Below, piece by piece: positions 12,546-26,110 of a DNA stretch of 64,000 nt. Every line of letters begins with the position of its first letter. Position 1 is the first letter of the stretch. The notes below the pieces were generated by a model. It ran no database searches. It saw only the letters and a program-made list of their open reading frames with translations, and had not been told where the DNA came from. The translations under genes and the position numbers were made by a program. This DNA comes from Octopus vulgaris. Taxonomy: Eukaryota. The stretch covers positions 170,624,001 through 170,688,000 of the forward strand of contig OX597814.1 in assembly GCA_951406725.2 (NCBI GenBank), read 5' to 3'.

Positions 12546-14856
12546 ACTGTATGAGAAACTATGCACGAATCTCATCCAACATACAAACGATGTAAATCAT
12601 TCTGAATAAAAAAAAAGCCTGCCCTTTAGTTTTAATGCAAAGAATCTTCTAATTAATCATGATGAAAATGAGGATGAAGAGTGAAGGAGGAGTTAAAGAA
12701 AAATGACAGAACAATGAAGGAAAATAAGAATAAAACAAAAGACAAACAAACTATAAAGGAAACAACAGAAAGAGAGAGAATTGTATAGAAATTAATAAAG
12801 AAGAAAAAAATAGGAACCATAAAGAAAATAAAAAAATAAAAACATAATAAAAACAAAGAATATAGAAATAAGAAAATAACAATAAAGAAAGAGAGAAAAG
12901 AATGAGAGAAAAAAAAAAACAAGAATATTCATGAGCCATAAAGAGAAGGAAAGAAAGCAAATAAGAATAAGAAAATATTAGAGGCATAAAAAAAAAAGGA
13001 AGGAAATAAAAAGAAAAAATAAGAAGAAACATGAACCATAAAGAGACAAAAATAAAAGAAAAGAAGAAATACAGAAAGAAAGGAAGGAAGAAAGAAGAAA
13101 AGAAAGAAAGAAAGAAAGAAGGAACCAATGTATAGGGTTGAATATATTATGTTTGTGCTGAAATTCAATATATCCTGAGTAAAATTATGTGGATGCATCA
13201 AATACACAGTAATAAGGAATGTTTAATATTTGGTGAGTCAATAGAACAATTCTGAGAATCAATACAGGATTTCTATTACTTTTGAACGACTATGGTAGAA
13301 TTTGCTGAGAATCTGTAAACATACTCTTTAGTTTTGTCACAAAGCAATTCATTCTTTTTGGCTATTTATTTAATTTCTTGTGTGTACTTTGTTTTATTTT
13401 ATTAGTAGTTTTATTTTTATTTTTATCTTTATTTTTTATTTTTTACCATTTTTAAAATATTATTATTATTAATTATTATAATTTAAAAACATTATTTTTT
13501 CTTTTTTTTTTTTTCGCTTTTTTGTTGTTGTTCTTTGTTCTTGTCTCATTTACCTCATCTTTTCTCTTCTTTCTCATCTCTCATCTCTCATTTCCTCTCA
13601 GTGTGTTCCACCCCCAACCCCCACCACCACCACTACCCCCCACCACCACCACTACCCCTCACAGTCAGCCTCCTCCTCCTCTTCCTCTTTCACATCTTTT
13701 TTTCCTTCTTCTGTTCCTTTCTGAAACAATGCTTATTAATTTGTGGTCAGTTTGACTAAAGCAATTTAGTAAAGTTTGCTCATGGCTACTTAATAAAAAG
13801 CACTTAGCTACAGAACAAATATGAGCACATATATGCTCGTATATACATGTCTGTGTATGCCTGAATATAGTCTTTTTTGTTAATTGTTTTTTTTTTTTTT
13901 TTCACATTTCTTTTCATATTTCCTTTATGGTTTGTTTGAAACAATAAAATTCCCTGGTCCATCAATGTTTCTAGATGTTCTTGGTTTTATCTTTCAGACG
14001 AAGCGATTATTAGATGCGTTTGTTATTGCATCTCTTTTTTTATTCTGAACAAGAATCATGAGAATGAAATTGTGTATATAATGGCAAGACCGTTTGCGGA
14101 GATGGAGAAAATACATTCTAGATACAAGTCCTGCTGTGGTTTGATGAAAACAAAGTACCAGTCCATTGTATTGGTCTGATGAAATTGTTAGACTCTTGGA
14201 CAAAAAAATAATTTACCGTATTTATTCTGGAGCTTTATGAACTGAGAACCCTGATAGGTGTGATGAACTTATCTGTATCTGACAAGAGTGTGTTGAATAA
14301 AAAATATCAGAATAAAGGCAAAAGAAAAAACTATCAAAATATCTTTGTATTCTCCCATGAAAATATCATGATGACCACATGGTGCTTGTCAACCAAAGTT
14401 ACCAGGGGTTGTTCATTGACCTCAAAATACAAAAAAGTGAATATATATATATATATATGCACATACATATATATAGATATATATTATACATACATGCATT
14501 CATACACACATACTCATGCACACACATACACACATACATGAAGAGAAAGAGAGAGCATGAAGCATGGCTGTGTGGTTAAGAGGCTTGCTTTGAAACCACG
14601 TATTTTGGGTTCAGTTCCATTGTGTAATACCTAAGATAAGTGTTCTTTTCTATACCCAAAGCCAACTAAAGTCTTGTGTGTAGATTTGGTTGACAGTAAC
14701 CAAATGAAGTCCATCATATATTAATAATTACCTGTCTATCTTCGTCTCTCTCTCTCTCTCTCTCTCTCTCTATTTATCTATCTATCTATCTATCTATCTA
14801 TCTGCCTGCCTGTCCACTTACCTATCTATCTGAGTACTTACCTATCTATTTGTTTA

Positions 14857-14979
<123 letters not shown>

Positions 14980-15016
14980 CAATGAAAAGAAGAAGACAAA
15001 GAAAATTCTTACACAG

Positions 15017-15049
<33 letters not shown>

Positions 15050-15389
15050 CACTCATACACATACACACAAATAATTATTAGCAATGGAAACAGTATTAGT
15101 AGTAAAAGGCAATTCTAAAAGACACTTCATCTTGAGACGTCCTTTCATATAGAGGTATGGTGCATAAAAGCACAGACATATATTGTAGCAGGTGTGAAAC
15201 ATCTGGTATGGGCACCATAACTGCTAGATCACATGATTTCAATATACTTCACATCTTCAGTGACAGGTGTCCAGTGATTGCATACCAGTCAAGTTTTGCT
15301 GCCTTGATATACAGAATTATAGTGTCCTTCCAGTCACTGATGTTGCAAATAGCTAACAGGCTTATTAAAAATAATTATTAGTGGTGGAA

Positions 15390-15740
15390 GCAATGTTAGT
15401 ACCAAAGGGAAATTTTATATCCAATTTAACATGGATGTCTTGTAAGAATGCTGAATATTATGATATTTGCTTTGAGAGGTTTATCACTATAATTGAAGAC
15501 ATCAGCTACCTTATTGTCTGTGAGAGATTGTCTTCCAGTTACTCTCTTCTTATGAAGCATGCTGCAGAATGGAATAAGAGAAGAGAATATACCAGCAGAC
15601 AAAATTGAATATATTGAGAATGAGGAGTCAAAAAAAAAGGTAGAACTGAAAAATGAAACAGCTACCAGGGTAAAACACAGTCAACCAGATATTGTTATGT
15701 GGAATTACAAGGAAAAGAAAAATCCTCTTTTATGGAAACT
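15390..15740 (+). mobile_element. Highly degraded RLE-type (R4/Dong-like) LINE remnant
   Basis: Degenerate zinc knuckle (IEDISYLIVCERLSSSYSLLMKH) followed by TATRVKHSQPDIVMWNYKEKK, resembling the RPDIV endonuclease motif. Confidence 0.55.
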
Positions 15741-16313
15741 TCTGATTATGGGGTGAGTGTAAATATAATTTGAATTTGTGCTATTTTATATACATTCACC
15801 AATTTACTTCATGTATATGTACACATAATATAAAATACTGCTCTTACACCAGATACCAGAAACAGCTGTAAAGAATTACTCATATTCTCCTCTTTCTTAT
15901 TTGAGATTCAAATATGAACTTACCAGATATCTACTTACCTAATTATCAAGAACTACTATGAAAGTTTAATAAGATACTCCTCTCTTTTTTTTTCTGTGAT
16001 ATTACAGAATGAACTCTCCAGCTACCTATTTATGAAGAACTACTATGAACTCTCACTTTCCTGGTTTTCCTGTTTTTCTGCTTAATTATCTTTATACTGA
16101 CTTCTGAATAACTATTTGTTTTTATGCCAGTAACAACTATCTATCCACCTGTTATTTTATTGTACTTTCATTAGCTCAACTGGTGCATTGCCTGTTTGCC
16201 TGAATTCCATTCGTTCAGCATTAAATTTTAGGTATATGGTTTGGTTTGAACACTAATTGTCTGTAAGTAGTGTACATCTTTTTTATATATTTTTACCCAT
16301 TATAATATGTTTA

Positions 16314-16378
<65 letters not shown>

Positions 16379-16541
16379 TAAATTTCTATGCTCAATCTTT
16401 ATAACCATGATAACACCATATTCTTTCATCTTAAGTAAGCTGAGGGTCTGCCATTATCACTTTCTGAAACAAAGATTATTTAGAGCTATCAGAAAATACA
16501 ATGACCAACAAAAGGTATGTCCTTAAATAACTTATGCACCC

Positions 16542-17582
16542 TGTACCCAGTGTAAGCTATGGATGCATAAGAGGTGCAGCAACATCAAAGGAAGGTTAAT
16601 CGGGATGACAGCTTTTGTGTGCGGCAAAAGCACAGGGGCAATAACTGCAGATACTCAGAAAATGGATTCCATCACATACAAGGGGAGAAACAAGAAGTTG
16701 TTGATAGCTTCCACTACCTAGGTGACCAAGTCTGTGGTGGGGATGGATGCTTGGAGGGCATTGCCACTAGAATAAGAATAGCCTGGGAAAAGTTCAGAAA
16801 GCTCCTACCTCTACTGGTGACAAAGGGCCTCTTGCTCAGAGTGAAAGGTAGATTGTATGATGCATGTGGGCAAACTGCCATGCTACATGGCAGTGAAACA
16901 TGGGTCATGACTGCTGAAGACATGCGTAGGTTTGAAGAAATGAAGCTGGTATGATCCGCTGGATGAGTAATGTCAGTGTGCACACACAACAGAGTGTAAG
17001 CGCCCTGAGAAAAATGTTGGGCTTAAGAAGCATCAGATGTGGTGTGCAAGAGAGATGACTGCATTTGTATGGTCATGTGCTGCATATGGATGAGGTGAGA
17101 TGTGTGAAGAAGTGTCACTCCCTAACAGTATAAGGAACCCGTGAAAGAGGGAGACCCAGGAAGACATGGGATGAAGTGGTGAAGCACGATCTTTGAACAT
17201 CGGGATCTCACAGAGGCAATGACAAGAGACTGAGGCATCTGGAGATATGCTGTGATTGAGAAGATTTGGCAAGTAAAGTGAGATCACAGCTGTAGCCTAT
17301 ACTGGTGTCGCATAACCAGCCCATTTAAAAAGTTCCTTTGAATAATCTGGTGACACACCATGCTTGAGGAGACTTATTGAGTCAAGTAAAATAAAAAACC
17401 TAACATCAAAAATCAAATCAAAATTAAAAATGGAAATTGTAGTTGTGGCTTGTGCCACTTCCACCTCCCTGGCTCTTGTGCTGGTGGCATGCAATAAGCA
17501 CCATTCATGTGTAGGTCATTTCCAGTGCTGCCTGACTGGCTTCCTGTGCCAGTTGCACATAAAATGCACCATAAAATGCACC
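16542..17582 (+). mobile_element. RTE-clade LINE fragment (RT C-terminal part and start of 3' UTR)
   Basis: EVVDSFHYLGD...RIRIAWEKFRKL...LHGSETW...GHVLHMDE; frameshifts; stop at ~17261. Confidence 0.9.
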
Positions 17583-17598
17583 ATATATATATACTATA

Positions 17599-17838
17599 GG
17601 CGCAGGAGTGGTTGTGTGGTAAGTAGCTTGCTTACCAACCACATGGTTCTGGGTTCAGTCCCACTGCATAGCACCTTGGGCAAGTGTCTTGTACTATAGC
17701 TTCGGGCTGACCAAAGCCTTGTGAGTGGATTTGGCAGATGGAAACTGAAAGAAGCCCGTCTTATATATGTATATATATATGTATGTGTGTGTATATGTTT
17801 GTGTGTCTGTGTTTGTCCCCCCAACATTGCATGACAAA
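17599..17838 (+). mobile_element. SINE-A, 3'-truncated
   Basis: Head and body match the family. Confidence 0.85.
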
Positions 17839-17842
17839 CCCT

Positions 17843-19232
17843 TTCAGGTAGAAGGCATTGCTTGTGTATCATGCACACAACCCCCGTGCCCTGAAGAACA
17901 TATCCAAGGCATCTCTCCCTGTTATATGGTTGGCTAATTCAAAAGCATGGGTTATTGTTGTTGTTTTTGAAGATTGGTTCTTCGATCATTATCCCAGCAG
18001 CAGAGAAGTACTGTAAGGAGGAGGGAATTCCTTTTAAGGTTTTTCTTATCTTAGATAATGCTCCTGGCCACCTGCAAAACATCATAGATTTTAACCTCAA
18101 CATTACTGTTATATCCCTCCCTCCAAACACCACATCTGCAGCCAATGGATCAGGGAATAATTGCTATCTTCAAGCATTACTATATGAAGTATACGCTGCG
18201 GCAAGCAATAACTGCAACTGATCTTGATGAGTCCATCACACTTCTTGACTTTTGGAAGAGTTACAATATCCACAAGGCTTTTCAGAATGTAGCAACAACA
18301 TGGAATGATGTACAGAATACGGCTATGAGTGGTGTATGGAAAAAGCTTTGCTCACAATTTGTGGAAGATTTTAAGGGGTTTGATAATGCTGCCATCAACA
18401 AAACGTTGGTGAGTATGAGCTAAGAACTTGAAATGGATTTGGAGGAAGAGGATTTCACTGATTTATTTGAAAAAGACAAGCCCGTGATGAACGAAGATTT
18501 GATAGAGCTTCACCAGCAACAAAATAAAGAAGTGGAAGTCAAACCTAAGCCACATCACTTTACCATTAAGAAAATGCAGCAAGCATTTGCATATATCGAA
18601 AAAGATCTTTCTATGTTTGAGGATATGGATCCAAATGCTCAATGACTTTCCAAGATTATGGGGGCTTGTCACGAATCTTTTGCTCCTTATAATGTAATCC
18701 TTGAGGAAAAGAGAAGAAAACAGTTCAAGGAACTCTCAACCAGTTTTTTAAGCGCATCAAACATTAAGAAAGCCCAGAGTCAGCTGTTGATGTTGACGAT
18801 CCATAGCCATCTACACCCGTGATGTAAACCACCAAATTCTATGTACGTATTGGTAAATTTAAAACAATTTAGTTTTATTTTTTACTATGGTTAAATAATA
18901 ATAATTAGTGAATTTGTTTTTTAAGCTTCCTAAAGGCTTTTATTTCATCATGGCTTATTGCAAACCGCATTCATACATAAAGAGTCCATAATGTACCGTA
19001 AACACTGCCAAATTGTATTTGTAAGTTTAGATTACATTCTTTTTTTTACTGTACTGTATTAAAAAATAAAAATTATTTGTTTTTTATCAACCATATATTA
19101 TTGAATATGCATTCATAAATAAAGCACAGAACTGGGAATGGTTATTATTGGTTTAGCCTAGAGACAAGTAAATTTGGCCTAGCATAGCCTACAGACTGGA
19201 ACCAATTATCAATGTAGGGTGAGGTATGCCTG
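17843..19232 (+). mobile_element. Tigger/pogo DNA transposon, degraded DDE_1 transposase with right TIR
   Basis: NPRALKN...NSKAWV...FLILDNAPGH...LPPNTTS/QPMDQGIIAIFKHYY; ends GAGGTATGCCTG, the reverse complement of the Tigger1-like terminus CAGGCATACCTC. Confidence 0.9.
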
Positions 19233-19252
19233 CATATATATACATACATACA

Positions 19253-19323
<71 letters not shown>

Positions 19324-19386
19324 GTATATATATATATACGTATATATAGATATACATATATATTTATATATATAGATATACATATA

Positions 19387-19440
<54 letters not shown>

Positions 19441-19474
19441 CTTTATTAAAAAGCAGCAAAAATATCACAAAAAA

Positions 19475-20231
19475 AACAAAGCGAAAAATGGAACAAGAAT
19501 GTAACAAGTGACAACAAGACATCCAGACAGTTAGACAATACAAAAAAGGACAGGAAAAAATAAGCACAGGTCATTTGGAGCTTTCTATCATCAGTCAAGT
19601 TCCAGATCATCATTGCAATTTTGGTCGGTTACATTTGAGACTGCTCCAATCTGGCCAGCCCTAACAAAATCTAAGCTAAGAGTAATAGATTCTTTGGAAG
19701 AAAGCAAGCAAATGTATATGAAAACAAAGACAAAAAAAACAGAGAAATGGTACATAATTACAAATACAAACAACAGGACATTAATAACCAGTGTCTTTCA
19801 ACTAATGATGAATTAAATTAAGCTGGCATGTGTGGAAGTGAAGTCTTACAACAGGAACATAAGAGATGAAAGTCACGGGAAAGAATATAAGAGATGCTAC
19901 ACCTGTTGAAAGACACCTGTTGTTAATGTCCTGTTGTTTGTATTTGTAATTATGTTGCATTTCTCCATTTTTCCGTCCTTATTTTTGTATATATTTGCTT
20001 ACTTTCTTCCAAAGAATCTAGTGCACTTAGCTTAGATTTTCTTGGGGCCAGCCAGATTGGAACAGTCTAAAGTATAACCGGCCAAAAGTGCAATGACGAT
20101 CTGGAACTCAACTGATGATAGAAAGCTCCGAATGAGCCAATTTGTTTTTTCCTGTCCTTTTTTGTATCGTCTAACTGTCTGGATGTTTTGTTGTCACTTG
20201 TTACATTCTTGTTCCATTTTTGTTTTGTTTT
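19475..20231. repeat. Inverted repeat, ~330-bp arms with a ~100-bp spacer, in (TA)n; possibly a Penelope pseudo-LTR pair
   Basis: 19475-19802 vs 19905-20231 are reverse complements; the Penelope assignment is inference. Confidence 0.85.
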
Positions 20232-20499
20232 CTTTTATATATATACATATAGTGCCATACATACACTTTTGCGCTCCTATATGTAAGTATATACATATAT
20301 ATATATATAAATTCTGTACAACTCTTTTACTCTTTCTTTTAGCCCCCTTCACACTTTCTTTGTTGTATGTGTATATATATATATATATCTGTGTGTGTGT
20401 ATGCATGTATATATGTAATGTGAGATAATAGTTTCACTATGTATATATTATATACATCTCTATGTACAATAGAGATGTTATTGTTTCAATTTTGACATG

Positions 20500-20678
20500 T
20501 AATCCCGAAACAGTCTAAGAGATTGATCCGAGTTTGCATTAAGCAAGAAGTTGAAAGATCTTTTGGCCCATGACACTCCATGGACCCTAAGTAGTGCATG
20601 TGTAAAATTTGAATGAAATCAGTTGGGTAGTTCTTGAGTTTTAATGATGCAGACATCCATACAGACACACATTCTCAG

Positions 20679-20715
<37 letters not shown>
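20500..20715 (-). mobile_element. Possible non-autonomous Helitron 5' part
   Basis: Minus strand TC(TA)n-ACTGAGAATGTGTGTCTGT...AACTACCCAACTGATTTCATTCAAATTTT, an architecture typical of Helitron-N 5' ends; no 3' end seen. Confidence 0.4.
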
Positions 20716-20719
<4 letters not shown>

Positions 20720-20804
20720 TAAGCTTATATAATGGATAAAAACACAAAAAGGTGTATACTACATACCAGCAATTAGTATTCAAATATATATATATACATC
20801 TTGA

Positions 20805-20835
<31 letters not shown>

Positions 20836-21135
20836 AAAGAGTAAGAGAGATTCTCAATTCTAAGAGAAACATCATCCATAACTGAATTTTACTGAACGTA
20901 GCAACCTAAATGAGATGCAATAATATCTATATTCCTAATTACAGCTTAATTAGATTACATTTTTAAATTCGAGAGTTTTAAGAATTAATTTAGGATTTCC
21001 ACAAATAACACATGCTTAATAAAGTGTGGGATTGGAACCATGATGGACGAGTATTCCAACAGTAAATTCTCCTGTAGCCAATTTACTGTTGAAATTCATA
21101 TATATGTGTGTGTGTGTGTGTGTATGTATGTATAT

Positions 21136-21201
<66 letters not shown>

Positions 21202-21761
21202 TATAGTAATAATAGTAATAATAATAACTATATATATATTATTAATATTATTATTATTATCAATATTATATAATATTATATATATATATATAATATCTGC
21301 ATCCACACTTTGTTTAATACTTGTAAGACTTCAACTTCTAAACTAATCTACAATCTAACAAGCTTCTAGTTTTATGCTAGAAAGACAAAAGGTTTGATAT
21401 CTTCAAGAATATATCTAAGTCTCTATGTTTTTATCTATATCTGTTGCGATTCAGATATTGCGGAGAGAGTTCTGAATAACAACACCCTTATCCATTTTGT
21501 ATCTCTTCCTTACTAAGCTCAGATACAAAGGTTTAAACATGGTGGATTACATTTGTTTTATGCAACATCTTCTTCTTCTTCTTCTTCTTCACCTTCGCTC
21601 CTTCTCCTCCTCCTCCTCCCCCTCCCCTCCTCTCTTCTACTTATTTTTTTTTCTTTTCTACACAAACTTTACACATCGTATGTTATAAACATACCACTCA
21701 CCCCCAACACACTGCATACATGACCGCAGTCACATCAAAGTTCTGTATTCTGTCCTTCCTC

Positions 21762-21783
21762 ACTACTGCTACTGCTGCTACCG

Positions 21784-21824
<41 letters not shown>

Positions 21825-21825
21825 T

Positions 21826-21893
<68 letters not shown>

Positions 21894-22001
21894 TCTACTA
21901 CTACTTCTACTACTACTTCTACTGCTGCTGCGATTGCTACTACTACTACTACTTCTACTGCTGCTGCTCCTGCTACCACCACCACCACCACCACCACCAC
22001 C

Positions 22002-22069
<68 letters not shown>

Positions 22070-22083
22070 AACTGCAGCAGCAC
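21762..22083. repeat. Compound (CTA)/(CTG)/(CCA) trinucleotide tract
   Basis: Directly visible. Confidence 0.95.
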
Positions 22084-22184
22084 CAGTTCAATCTCCTCTA
22101 TGTTATTTTGTTGTGTTGTCCCATCAAATATTAAACTTCGTTAATTTCATCCTACTCCTCTCCTTGTTTCTGTTGCATCAACAC

Positions 22185-22560
22185 ACCTAAAACACCATAC
22201 TAAGCATACTGAGGCCTAACTCATCGTAAAGTCAATACCACCATGGCCGATATCCAAACTACAGTGGAGAAGGCTAGCCACTGGATTTGGTTAAAAAGAG
22301 ACGATGAGTGATGGCTAGAAGAATATTGAACTTTATTTGATAACCAGCTGATCTAGCAAGTGGGGCCTCATATCAGTGAGGGGGTGTCCGGTGCGCATTG
22401 ATGCTGTCGAGTGGTAGGCCCTGAAATGGCACACATTCTCTTCTGATGACCCCATACACTTGCTGGCTTCTGGTATGCAGCGGTTTTGACTGGTAGCACT
22501 TGCATGTGCAAGTTGTTTGCACGACATCAGAAGCTTTAATCTGTTGAATTGCTCCATATG
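22185..22560 (+). mobile_element. HERO/NeSL-like RLE LINE 3' end (ORF C-terminus and 3' UTR)
   Basis: With one frameshift, 22194-22329 reads TILSIL/GLTHRKVNTTMADIQTTVEKASHWIWLKRDDE*WLEEY*; EKASxWxWLKR matches my recollection of HERO-clade C-termini. Confidence 0.65.
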
Positions 22561-22602
22561 GAACTTCTGCATGCTCCATGTTTTCCCAATAGACATATGT
22601 AT

Positions 22603-22770
22603 AGGCGTGGCAGTGTGGTTAAGAAATTTGCTTCCTAAGCACATGGGTTCAGGTTCAATCTCACTGTGTGGCACCTTCAGTAAGCATCTTTGAGTACAGC
22701 TCCCAGGGCAATCAAAGCTCTGAGTAGATTTGGCTGGTGGAATCTGAAAGAAGCCCATTGTACACACACA
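22603..22770 (+). mobile_element. Degenerate SINE-A head
   Basis: GGCGTGGCAGTGTGGTTAAG...GGTTCAATCTCACTG...GAAAGAAGCCCAT; similar relics at 14562-14720 and 61453-61610. Confidence 0.7.
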
Positions 22771-23156
22771 CACACACGCGCATGCATGACTTTGCTCAGT
22801 ATGATGCTCCAATAGCTGGTATATCCAAGGAACAGTTGTCAGAGACAATCTTCACTATTTTGTCCCATTTTTACCATTCATCATGTAGCAAAGTTATTTA
22901 GATTGAATTAAATGAAATTAAATGTCTTTGTCCTGCATTGCCTAATTGTTTGTCTTCCCTCACTACTTTAACCTATACCTACTGATTCAAAGGGATGTCA
23001 CCTCTAGCTGTTTTTAAACAAGATAATCACACAACCACAACTTCAACACTGCTCTTACTGGAATTTTGGTGACACACCTATTTGACTACTCAGAATGCAT
23101 ACCTGTTAGTTCAAGTCATCCTGATGAAAACTCCTCATATCCTCTATATATGTATG

Positions 23157-23190
<34 letters not shown>

Positions 23191-23194
<4 letters not shown>

Positions 23195-23346
23195 AAATTA
23201 AGAGGAATGACTACTAAAGTGGACAGCTCATATGCTAAACATAGACATCAAATCGCCATTACCACGAAGAATGCGTAATGGCGATTTGACATCTATGTTT
23301 ACCATATAGGGCGTTCACTTTAGGGGTCATTCGTCTTAATTTTGTA
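23191..23346. repeat. Hairpin, 72-bp arms with a 12-nt loop, adjacent to (TA)n
   Basis: TACAAAATTAAGA...AAATCGCCATTAC / GTAATGGCGATTT...TCTTAATTTTGTA. Confidence 0.9.
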
Positions 23347-23720
23347 TGTAACACAATTTTTAATCTTCGGATTTGTAAATATGGTAAGCCACTGGTTTTA
23401 TTTGATTAACATCAATTTCTACCTTTTTTATTTAATTATATATATATATGTGTGTGTGTGTATGAGTCAAAATAACTCTTAACCATAGGCAAAGCACTTA
23501 TCTATTGACTAACAAGGGAGATAACCTCCCTACAGCAAGCTAGAGCATCAGATCATCAATGATTTTGGATTGAATCAATCCTCATCAATGACACTTACTC
23601 TGTAGCCTACGGTTAAGCTGAATTCACCTTGTCAGTTTGTAGGAAATACCATAGGAATCAGTGGCTGATTCATTTTTACTTTACCAATTTACACTTTACA
23701 ATTTTACTCTCCCTCCCTCC

Positions 23721-23788
<68 letters not shown>

Positions 23789-23958
23789 AGCAAAAAAGAA
23801 CTTAAGTAAAAAGAGGGAATGCATCATTAACTTCAGATGATTAGTGCTACTTTAGCCATGGAACACTTTTTCCAATCGGTAAGCCTAAATTTATAAGCAT
23901 ATGTACACCATGTATACAGCACACACACAAACATACACATACACACACATACACACTC

Positions 23959-24025
<67 letters not shown>

Positions 24026-24689
24026 TAAATCTATCTATCTATCTATCTAGTAACAGAAAGAGAGAGAAAGAGAATGGGGTGGTGAGAGAGATATGCTGAT
24101 ATATATATATATATATGTGTGTGTATATGGAAGTAGAAATCATGTGGTGAATTAAACATGCCTACAGTCTTCAGAAAATATGATGTAAAAGGGGACATTA
24201 AAGATCTTTACTCCCTTGTTAATCAACTTTATGGTCCTTGCTGAATTTTCTGTGCAACCTTTATGGTTATGGATGGTAAAATACTTATTAAAGATTCAAA
24301 TACGATCCTTCAATACTGGTCAGAATATTTTAGTGATTAGCTAATTTTTTTATCAAGTATTGATTGATCCTTTTTAGAAGTCATTCAGCAAATCCCAATA
24401 AAACCCCTTTTTTTATGGTCCACCTACTTTCAATGAAGTATGAGATGTTTTGCAGAGACTTAAACATGGAAAACCCACTGGCATTGACTGTATTGCTTGA
24501 AGTGTTGAAATTTGGGGGAGAAATAAGATGTTGGATCTTCTTCGTAATCTTTTATATAATATGGGAAAATTGGTGGAATTTCTCAAGATAGAAGAGATGT
24601 ATCGTTATGAATGTAGAAAGGAAAATGTGTGGTGAAAACACACACACGTACATATAGTAATTCTTGAAGCATTTCTCTCCTTAGTGTAA

Positions 24690-26110
24690 TAGAGATAACA
24701 CTGAGAAGAATTATTTTTGATAGGCTCATTAAACATGGTTTGATATGTCATCATTCCAAGTCACAAACAGGTTTTCATGTTAGACAAGGAACAAATGATG
24801 TATTTCCATCTTGTCAACTACACAGGAAATGCATTGAGTAGAAACTTAACCTCTATCATTGCTTCACTGACCTCATTAAGGCCTTTGATTCAGTGAACTA
24901 TGGCGTGTTATGGACAATTTTCAGACAAGCTGCTTGTTTTGATGAATTAACAAATATTACCAAGTCCTTTCATAATGATATGGGAGCATGTTTCGTAATT
25001 AGCAAAGGATGCTCAGACCCTTTTTAAATCAGTAGCAATGGAAAACAAGGTGATATAATGCCCTTGCTTTATTTGCCATATACTTTATAACAATGGCTTT
25101 GTTTTTCTTTTTTCTTCTTCTAATTTTGTATTTGGTTTACAAAATTCTTGATATGAACTTGTGTGTTGCAACCAATTCCAAACTTTCAAAGATTACACTG
25201 AGGGTATTTGAATATGTAAGGTGGCAAGCTGGCAGAAACGTTAGCGCGCCAGATGAAATGCTTCGCGGTATTTTGTCTGCCGCTACGTTCTGAGTTCAAA
25301 TTCCGCCGATGTCGACTTTGCCTTTCATCCTTTTGGGGTCGATTAAATAAGTACCAGTTACACACTGGGGTCAATATAATCGACTTAGTCCATTTATCTG
25401 TCCTTGTTTGTCCTCTCTGTGTTTAGCCCCTTGTGGGTAGTAAAGAAATAGGTATTTGAATATGTCCATACTTATATATGCACAACTAGTAGGTTACTCA
25501 ACCTCAAATAGTTAGATCCTCAATCACAGTTTTTTTTATTACTGAAGACTAATATAGCACACAAAATGATGTTCAAACTTTTATGGATAAACTTTCATTG
25601 ACATGTAAAAATAAATCTTGATAAAGCCATTATTCTTTATCAGCCCTGCTCTGGGAAACCTCCTGGGGACCCAAAATAATTGTGAAAAACACATCTTCCT
25701 TTAAATTTCTTAGCAACATATTGAACAAAGATGGTAACCTTGGTGACAAAATTACAAATAGAATTCAGAAGTCATGGATATCTTTTAGAAAATTAAAATC
25801 TTCTCAAAGGTCTCAATCATATATAAAAAGGACATTAAAATATCTAAATTTAAAACATGCACTTTGTGTCTTTTGTGGTATGGCTAGGAAACATAGACAT
25901 TATATTAAAAATATATTAAACAGTTAAGATATTTTCAGTGAAAGTATCTTCTGTAAATTTTATATATATCTTGAGGAGACTAGATGAGTGATGATGTAAT
26001 TTTGGAGCTTTTGGTGTAAGAATACAAGCTCTCTTGTAATGTAATGGAAGAGGTGGGTAAGTCATATAGCTTGTAGGAAAGAGGAAATATTCTCAAAGCA
26101 TCTATTGTAA
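24690..26110 (+). mobile_element. Ancient RTE (BovB-like) RT remnant
   Basis: SQTGF...RKCIE*KLNLYHCFTDLIKAFDSVN, KQGD, and FKFLSNILNKDGNLGDKITNRIQK; many stops. Confidence 0.7.
25218..25450 (+). mobile_element. SINE-B, full length, 15-bp TSD
   Basis: TSD GGTATTTGAATATGT at 25203-25217 and 25451-25465. Confidence 0.92.

Noticed and set aside
11792-12595. 267-aa acidic/basic ORF resembling a nucleolar protein
   Set aside because: Built from trinucleotide and 15-bp repeats, open in several frames, with no domain or splice support
21720-22190. Thr/Ala-rich mucin-like ORF
   Set aside because: Translation of CTA/CTG/CCA microsatellites
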